64,000 bases of DNA from a virus, in IMG/VR virus record IMGVR_UViG_3300003323_000541, positions 35,902 to 99,901 of that record, one strand, 5' to 3'. Below the pieces are notes generated by a model, which saw only the letters and a list, made by a program, of their open reading frames with translations, had not been told where the DNA came from and made no database searches. This document shows, piece after piece, positions 59,348 to 64,000 of this stretch. The translations under genes and the position numbers were made by a program. Each line of letters starts with the position of its first letter. Position 1 is the stretch's first letter.

Positions 59348-59446
59348 ATTATTTACGTTTTTCTTTCTTACTAAAAAATAGCAATAATGAATAAAAGACC
59401 CACATTGCTCCTAAGAATACGATTTCTTTTATTTTAGTCCTTCTTG

Positions 59447-59794
59447 TTAGCATTGTTCTTCGTTTTCATGTTCATTTGTTCCGATAATGCACCCAATCCT
59501 ACGATACAAAGTATCTGGTACTATCTCGTATTTGTGAATTTCTGTAGGTTTATTTAATTTGTCATTTAAGTTTTCATTGTTTAGACAAAACCCTATACAG
59601 AGCATTGAGATTACTAATAAAGCAAACAAAGCTGATGTAAAAAAAAGAGTATAAAATCTCTCAGAATACATTGGCTTTCTATGGGTGAGGTATGCAAGCG
59701 TATAATAATGTTTAGCAATATACAAAGATATTACTATAAAAGAAATAAGAGCGATAGCTAGTATAGCTATTAGTATTAAAGAAGGTATTAACAT
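59447..59794 (-). CDS. Two-TM membrane protein
   Basis: Two hydrophobic helices. Confidence 0.55.
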   Translation of the reverse strand: MLIPSLILIAILAIALISFIVISLYIAKHYYTLAYLTHRKPMYSERFYTLFFTSALFALLVISMLCIGFCLNNENLNDKLNKPTEIHKYEIVPDTLYRRIGCIIGTNEHENEEQC

Positions 59795-59800
59795 GTCATT

Positions 59801-59977
59801 TTATTTTATGTTATCTAATGGATAGGATTCTAAGATAGAATCTTCATCAACTGATTCACCTGGACAATTAAAATTAGTACAATCGTTGGTTGTATAAGCA
59901 TTCTCTGTAGCAGCTTTAAGAGCAGCTTCGAAGAAATTAGCTTTAAGTTTTTCCTCAGCTGTTGGTATTTTTTCCAT
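59801..59977 (-). CDS. Small hypothetical protein (58 aa, absent from ORF track)
   Basis: MEKIPTAEEKLKANFFEAALKAATENA..VDEDSILESYPLDNIK fills the gap in the operon. Confidence 0.6.
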   Translation of the reverse strand: MEKIPTAEEKLKANFFEAALKAATENAYTTNDCTNFNCPGESVDEDSILESYPLDNIK

Positions 59978-60793
59978 TTTTCACAATTTCAATTAGTTTT
60001 TCTAGACAAGCCTGCTTTGCTTCATTTCTCGTATGAAATGCATATTTTTTTTCAAATATAAGATTGTGAAGTTTCTCATGATTAAGATAGTTTCCAGGTA
60101 TATTTTGATAACATTCTTCAATTAAGTCACCAAATATATTGTTTGGATCTACAATTGATTCATTGTTTATGTCGGATATACCGTATGTCCAATAGGTTAA
60201 TGGATTATTTTTATACGGGTATTGCTTATACATCATACAGGGTAAATCAAAATTATCCTCAAACCAATCAAATGCTTGTTGCCAAAGTGGTGCATCTACA
60301 AATACATCTGAATCAGGATGATAAGCAAATGTTTTATCCTTATAATAACAACCTAAACATTCTTCATCAAAACCAAGCTCTTTAAGTTTTGGTATTTACA
60401 TCTCTCTTTGGACAAACGTCTTAACATATTTTGTATAACATCTGTCCAAAGAGATCGTAAATGTAAGTGTTCACATGATGTCCTGAATGGGAATCTTGTG
60501 TTCTAACATATGAGAGCTTTATCCTTAACTGGGTCTAGCTCTCTTTTATTTTAGGTGTGTTGTCCATTTTTTAGTATTTTAGATTAGAAAATATTAATAC
60601 GGCGTAAGCCCTCTTGTTAGAGAAAACTGGTAATTTTTAATAGACAAGGAGGACGCTTGAGCCCGCATGAAATGCGTGGGCGCTTGCATTCCTGTCTATG
60701 GGTATACCAGTACCTCTCTAACGGTCTGCTTGAAGCCCACGCTGTAATTTACAACCATCCTTTCAGGGCTTCGTAGGGGAATATATTGAGTAA

Positions 60794-61201
60794 ATGCGAT
60801 TATTTCTGTTTGTAGCCTTCTTCCTATCCTTAACTACTTTATACTCTCAATGTCCATCCTTTGAAAAGGTTACCAAAGAGGTTATAGATACCACTTGGAT
60901 GAAGGGTTTCGGCATACTTTTCACCAAAGACCTAAACGATGGATTAAAGGTGTTTCAATACTATAATCCCGAGTTTGATAAAGAATCGTTCTGGTATTTT
61001 ACATTCTATCCTAATGGATATTTATCTCACTTTGATATTCAAAATCCACGTAAAGAATACTTTCAGTGGATAAAGCAGTTTAATAAAGACAAAAATTATG
61101 TTTCTGTTGGTATAGATGAATGGGAGTGCGCTACTGCTCGCGTTAGAATTATTAATGATGGGACTACAAATTTTATTATAGTTCGATTTACTCAAAAATA
61201 A
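60794..61201 (+). CDS. IS passenger: secreted hypothetical protein
   Basis: Sec signal MRLFLFVAFFLSLTTLYS-Q. Confidence 0.65.
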   Translation: MRLFLFVAFFLSLTTLYSQCPSFEKVTKEVIDTTWMKGFGILFTKDLNDGLKVFQYYNPEFDKESFWYFTFYPNGYLSHFDIQNPRKEYFQWIKQFNKDKNYVSVGIDEWECATARVRIINDGTTNFIIVRFTQK

Positions 61202-61230
61202 GTATAGTTAAATCATTTAAAACAGGTATT

Positions 61231-61506
61231 ATGGATTACAATTTTGGAGAATTATTGAAGTCTTTAAATAGTGGAAATCATGATTTTAGAGTAACTGCAC
61301 TTAGAACTTGTTTACAAGTTGCAATAAGTAAAAATCAAGCACATTATTCAGCTCAGTTTGCTGATATTCTTGCAAGGATAGAAATAAGCGAATCCTTTTA
61401 TGAAGTTGCCCCAACCTTATTTATGAAAGATACCGATAAGCAATTTCATCGAGCGGCCTCAATATTGATAGAGATGAATGGTCTTTTAGCTATGAAAACT
61501 AATTAA
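61231..61506 (+). CDS. IS passenger: hypothetical protein
   Basis: 91-aa ORF co-oriented inside the IS. Confidence 0.55.
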   Translation: MDYNFGELLKSLNSGNHDFRVTALRTCLQVAISKNQAHYSAQFADILARIEISESFYEVAPTLFMKDTDKQFHRAASILIEMNGLLAMKTN

Positions 61507-61645
61507 AATCTCGAGTCGCACGAAGGCGACACGAAGATACAAGGGCACTTGTAGGGTTGCTATTCGTGCGTGATACAGTTGAGCGGACTTTACCGGGCCC
61601 TTGTTCTCGTGTCGTTACTAATTAGACGTTAATTATTGTTAGAGT

Positions 61646-61687
61646 AGCCTCATGTACAGAATAGTATATGGGGCTTTTCGTTTTTAT
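61646..61687 (+). terminator. Intrinsic terminator directly upstream of the transposase
   Basis: AGCCTCATGTAC-AGAATA-GTATATGGGGCT followed by TTTCGTTTTTAT. Confidence 0.65.
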
Positions 61688-61709
61688 CCTTTTAAGTTCT
61701 CATCAATTA

Positions 61710-62636
61710 ATGAATCATTTCAAAACTCTAAAAGAGTTAGAAAAGGTATTTAAAACAAACGACGATTGCTTGACGTATTTCGAGCAAATAAGATGGGCGG
61801 ACGGTATAACATGCCCGCATTGTGGTAGTACTAAATACTACACACTAGCTAAAGCCCATAACTTTAAATGTGCAAATAAGCATTGTTACAAAAAATTCAA
61901 TGTTCTAAAGAACACGATCTTTGAAAACACTAAAATCCCTTTACCTGCATGGTTTACGGCTATTTATATAGCAAGTTCCCATAAGAAGGGTATTAGCTCT
62001 GTACAACTCGCTAAAGATGTAGGTATAATTCAGCGTTCAAGCTGGTTTGTTATGCACCGCATTAGAGAGATGTTTAGAGAAGATAATGTGATCCAGTTTA
62101 AAGGTGAAATTGAAGCAGATGAAACCTATGTAGGTGGTAAAGCAGAGAACAAGCACAGATCAAAGAGGGTAAAGGGCGCACAAGGTCGCAGTATGAAAGT
62201 AAAGACCCCTGTTATGGGGATAATTGAACGTGGTGGAAGGATTGTAACCTTTCCTGTTACTTCATTAAGTTCAGCAGCGATTATACCTGTATTAACTAAG
62301 TATGTAACTCCTGATTCTACTATCTATTCAGATGAATGGAGCGGTTATAAGGATGTGCATCGTTCATTTCACCATGAGGTTATTAAGCATAAGAAAGACG
62401 AGTTTGTAAGAGGTAGAGCACATACAAATACAATCGAGGGTTATTGGAGCTTACTAAAGCGTGGAATATATGGTATATATCATCAAACAAGCTCTAAGCA
62501 TTTACACCGATATTGTGTAGAGTTTTCTTTCAGATATAATACCAGGAAGCTAACAGAGGAAGAAAGGTTCATAGAAGCCCTTAAAATGGCTTATGAGAAA
62601 CGTTTGAAGTATCAAGATTTGATTAAAAAAGCGTAG
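61710..62636 (+). CDS. tnp: IS1595-family (ISXO2-like) DDE transposase (ATG 61710; ORF track start 61668)
   Basis: CPHC..CANKHC zinc ribbon, HTH, EADETYVGG, YSDEW, HTNTIEGYW, Y..EF.FRYN. Confidence 0.93.
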   Translation: MNHFKTLKELEKVFKTNDDCLTYFEQIRWADGITCPHCGSTKYYTLAKAHNFKCANKHCYKKFNVLKNTIFENTKIPLPAWFTAIYIASSHKKGISSVQLAKDVGIIQRSSWFVMHRIREMFREDNVIQFKGEIEADETYVGGKAENKHRSKRVKGAQGRSMKVKTPVMGIIERGGRIVTFPVTSLSSAAIIPVLTKYVTPDSTIYSDEWSGYKDVHRSFHHEVIKHKKDEFVRGRAHTNTIEGYWSLLKRGIYGIYHQTSSKHLHRYCVEFSFRYNTRKLTEEERFIEALKMAYEKRLKYQDLIKKA

Positions 62637-62649
62637 ATTAGACAAATAA

Positions 62650-62780
62650 GCCGGAATAGCTCAGTATAAATCTAGAAAATACAATCCTCAGACTTCCAAT
62701 TTGACTGATTGTATAAAGATTAGGTAGAGCGCCAACCCTAATTGGTTCGGAGGTCGCGAGTTCGAGTCTCGTTTCCGGCT
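62650..62780 (+). ncRNA. tRNA-like RNA inside the IS, with ~56-nt hairpin inserted in the D-loop and a distorted anticodon arm
   Basis: GCCGGAA/TTCCGGC acceptor, TAGCTCAGT..GGTAGAGC D arm, AGGTC, GCGAG-TTCGAGT-CTCGT T arm. Confidence 0.75.
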
Positions 62781-62949
62781 TTTTGTTTAATTATCTTTGC
62801 CCAAAGAAAAAGAAGGGCTGAATGAACGGGAGTAAAGTAATCTCATTAGTGAAATGCTCAATTTGGATATATTCAGCCCTTGGATTTGTCCAAAGAGAGA
62901 TGTAGGTGCCTAAGTTTTAATACTAATTCATATGTTACAAATTGTTCTT

Positions 62950-63297
62950 TCATGGTACTAGTTTTAATGCTTCTTTCAAACCTACTTCAAGAGCTTCTTC
63001 ATAGTTTGTAAAAGGCTTTGTATAGGGGCCTCGATGATATTTATAACCAAATTTTCTCCAGCCTATATACCAGTCATTTCTTACTCCTCCTCTATCAACA
63101 TCAATGTCAATCTCATGAACCTCTCTCAACCATTTCTGAAGTAATGATTGCGTCGGAGCAGCTGGAAATAGTTCTGAAGCTCCTTTTTGCAACTCAGTAA
63201 TTCCGTTAAAATCAGTATATCTCCATTTGCAATACTCTTTATATCCTTTTTCTTTAGCTAATTTAGCTGTTGAATAAGTTATTCTTTGTTCTTCCAT
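62950..63297 (-). CDS. Hypothetical phage protein, paralogue of the IS-disrupted gene
   Basis: TY..AKL.KEKG..APTQSLLQKWLRE..YEEALE. Confidence 0.7.
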   Translation of the reverse strand: MEEQRITYSTAKLAKEKGYKEYCKWRYTDFNGITELQKGASELFPAAPTQSLLQKWLREVHEIDIDVDRGGVRNDWYIGWRKFGYKYHRGPYTKPFTNYEEALEVGLKEALKLVP

Positions 63298-63301
63298 AAC
63301 T

Positions 63302-63541
63302 TTAATTTACTTTGGGAAGAGTTCCCGTTATCACCCATGTGCCTATAAAATATAGAAATATTACTAATGCTAAAGTTAAAAATAATACTGCTATTCCCGC
63401 AAGCCACGACAGAATTATTAAACCTTCTGGTGTTTCATATTCAACACCAACAAAAATACTTCCAATAAGATATGGAACAAATATTACAGCAGCAACTATT
63501 AATATTCGTAGTGCTACTTTAGATAAGTTTCTTATGTTCAT
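63302..63541 (-). CDS. Two-TM membrane protein
   Basis: Two hydrophobic helices. Confidence 0.6.
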   Translation of the reverse strand: MNIRNLSKVALRILIVAAVIFVPYLIGSIFVGVEYETPEGLIILSWLAGIAVLFLTLALVIFLYFIGTWVITGTLPKVN

Positions 63542-63553
63542 AATATTATTTCT

Positions 63554-63928
63554 TTATGAGTTAGCTCTTTTATAGGCTCTAGTTTTCCCTTCTCGAATCT
63601 CTTTTCTATGCTTATCTAATTCTTCTTGTTTAGCTTTAGCAAACGCATATTGATACTTTTCATATCCACGTATTTTTTCTATACTAGAGAATCTTTCTTT
63701 TTCTCCTTGGAAATCACCATTTCCAAGACTATGGGTAAGTCTTCCAATAGTCCAATTTTCTTCAGAAAGAAGAGGTTCATGAGCACATCTTATATACTTC
63801 CATGTTATACCTCCATTATTGGAATATTTGAACATAACATAATCGCTAGAGAACCATGCTGGTACTATCTTTAGAATAAATTTACTTTCTATTCCAAATA
63901 GTAGTCGTAAAAATTTTAATGATTTCAT
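63554..63928 (-). CDS. Hypothetical protein
   Basis: ORF immediately downstream of tRNA-Leu. Confidence 0.55.
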   Translation of the reverse strand: MKSLKFLRLLFGIESKFILKIVPAWFSSDYVMFKYSNNGGITWKYIRCAHEPLLSEENWTIGRLTHSLGNGDFQGEKERFSSIEKIRGYEKYQYAFAKAKQEELDKHRKEIREGKTRAYKRANS

Positions 63929-63943
63929 ATTGTTTGTTTTTTG

Positions 63944-64000
63944 TACCCCAGACGGGAATCGAACCCGTGCGCCTGTGAGGGCACAGGATTTTAAGTCCTG
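63944..64000 (-). tRNA. tRNA-Leu(UAA), 5' part outside the window
   Basis: CAGGA-CTTAAAA-TCCTG anticodon arm, long variable arm, ACGGG-TTCGATT-CCCGT T arm, CTGGGGT-A acceptor 3' strand. Confidence 0.85.

Larger units (their letters stand above)
60391..62910 (+). mobile_element. IS1595-family element with passenger genes (2520 bp)
   Basis: IRL GGTATTTACATCTCTCTTTGGACAAA vs IRR (rc) GGCACCTACATCTCTCTTTGGACAAA, 23/26 identical; 8-bp TSD TAAGTTTT at 60383-60390 and 62911-62918. Confidence 0.92.
59955..62953 (-). pseudogene. Phage gene (156 aa, MKEQFVTYELVLKLKELGFDEEC..) interrupted by the IS1595 element
   Basis: Joining 62953-62911 to 60382-59955 (removing the IS and one TSD) gives an intact ORF similar to the neighbour 62950..63297. 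Confidence 0.85.

Noticed and set aside
60421-60567. Minus-strand mini-ORF with an in-frame TAG that might be read by the IS tRNA-like RNA (CTA in its loop)
   Set aside because: No recognisable protein, and the loop geometry (6-nt loop, no U33 before CTA) does not fit a suppressor tRNA
33564-63874. Short + strand ORFs opposite the minus-strand genes (e.g. 44463..44762, 50591..50782, 56220..56555, 63312..63575)
   Set aside because: Antisense shadows; 50591..50782 lies on the intron's opposite strand and has no endonuclease motif
1-64000. Stop-codon reassignment, as found in some Crassvirales
   Set aside because: Very long ORFs are intact under the standard code, coding density is high, and genes end in TAA, TGA or TAG; no convincing suppressor tRNA
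1-64000. CRISPR array, DGR/reverse transcriptase, integrase or inteins
   Set aside because: No regularly spaced repeats, RT motifs, recombinase motifs or intein signatures were seen by eye; weak cases could be missed without a search

Overview
AT-rich fragment of a Crassvirales (crAss-like) phage genome with a probable Bacteroidetes host, read in the standard genetic code. The + strand (1-32570) holds the late/virion module: spanin-like pair, metallophosphoesterase, ring/IHF-like/tail tubular/muzzle genes, cargo proteins and a 4684-aa virion RNA polymerase with fused helicase-like and zincin domains. The - strand (32582-64000) holds the replication and accessory module: dATP/dGTP diphosphohydrolase-HAD fusion, 5' exonuclease, RusA-like resolvase, primase, RecT-like protein, DnaB, PolB and tRNAs. 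It also contains a phiEco32-like peptide/amide ligase cluster (two class-II GATases, amidoligase, ATP-grasp, COOH-NH2 ligase, three class-I GATase/C26 paralogues). Signals not shown by the ORF track: a 303-nt group I intron splitting the COOH-NH2 ligase; a 2520-bp IS1595-family element (26-bp IRs, 8-bp TSD) that disrupts a phage gene and carries passenger ORFs, several structured RNA candidates and a tRNA mimic with a hairpin in its D-loop; a second tRNA-like RNA with an elongated anticodon arm; tRNA-Ile(UAU); three ECF-sigma-type promoter candidates before late genes; and a candidate -1 frameshift adding a peptidase M15-like domain to a cargo protein. All calls are by eye from motifs and gene order; no searches were run.
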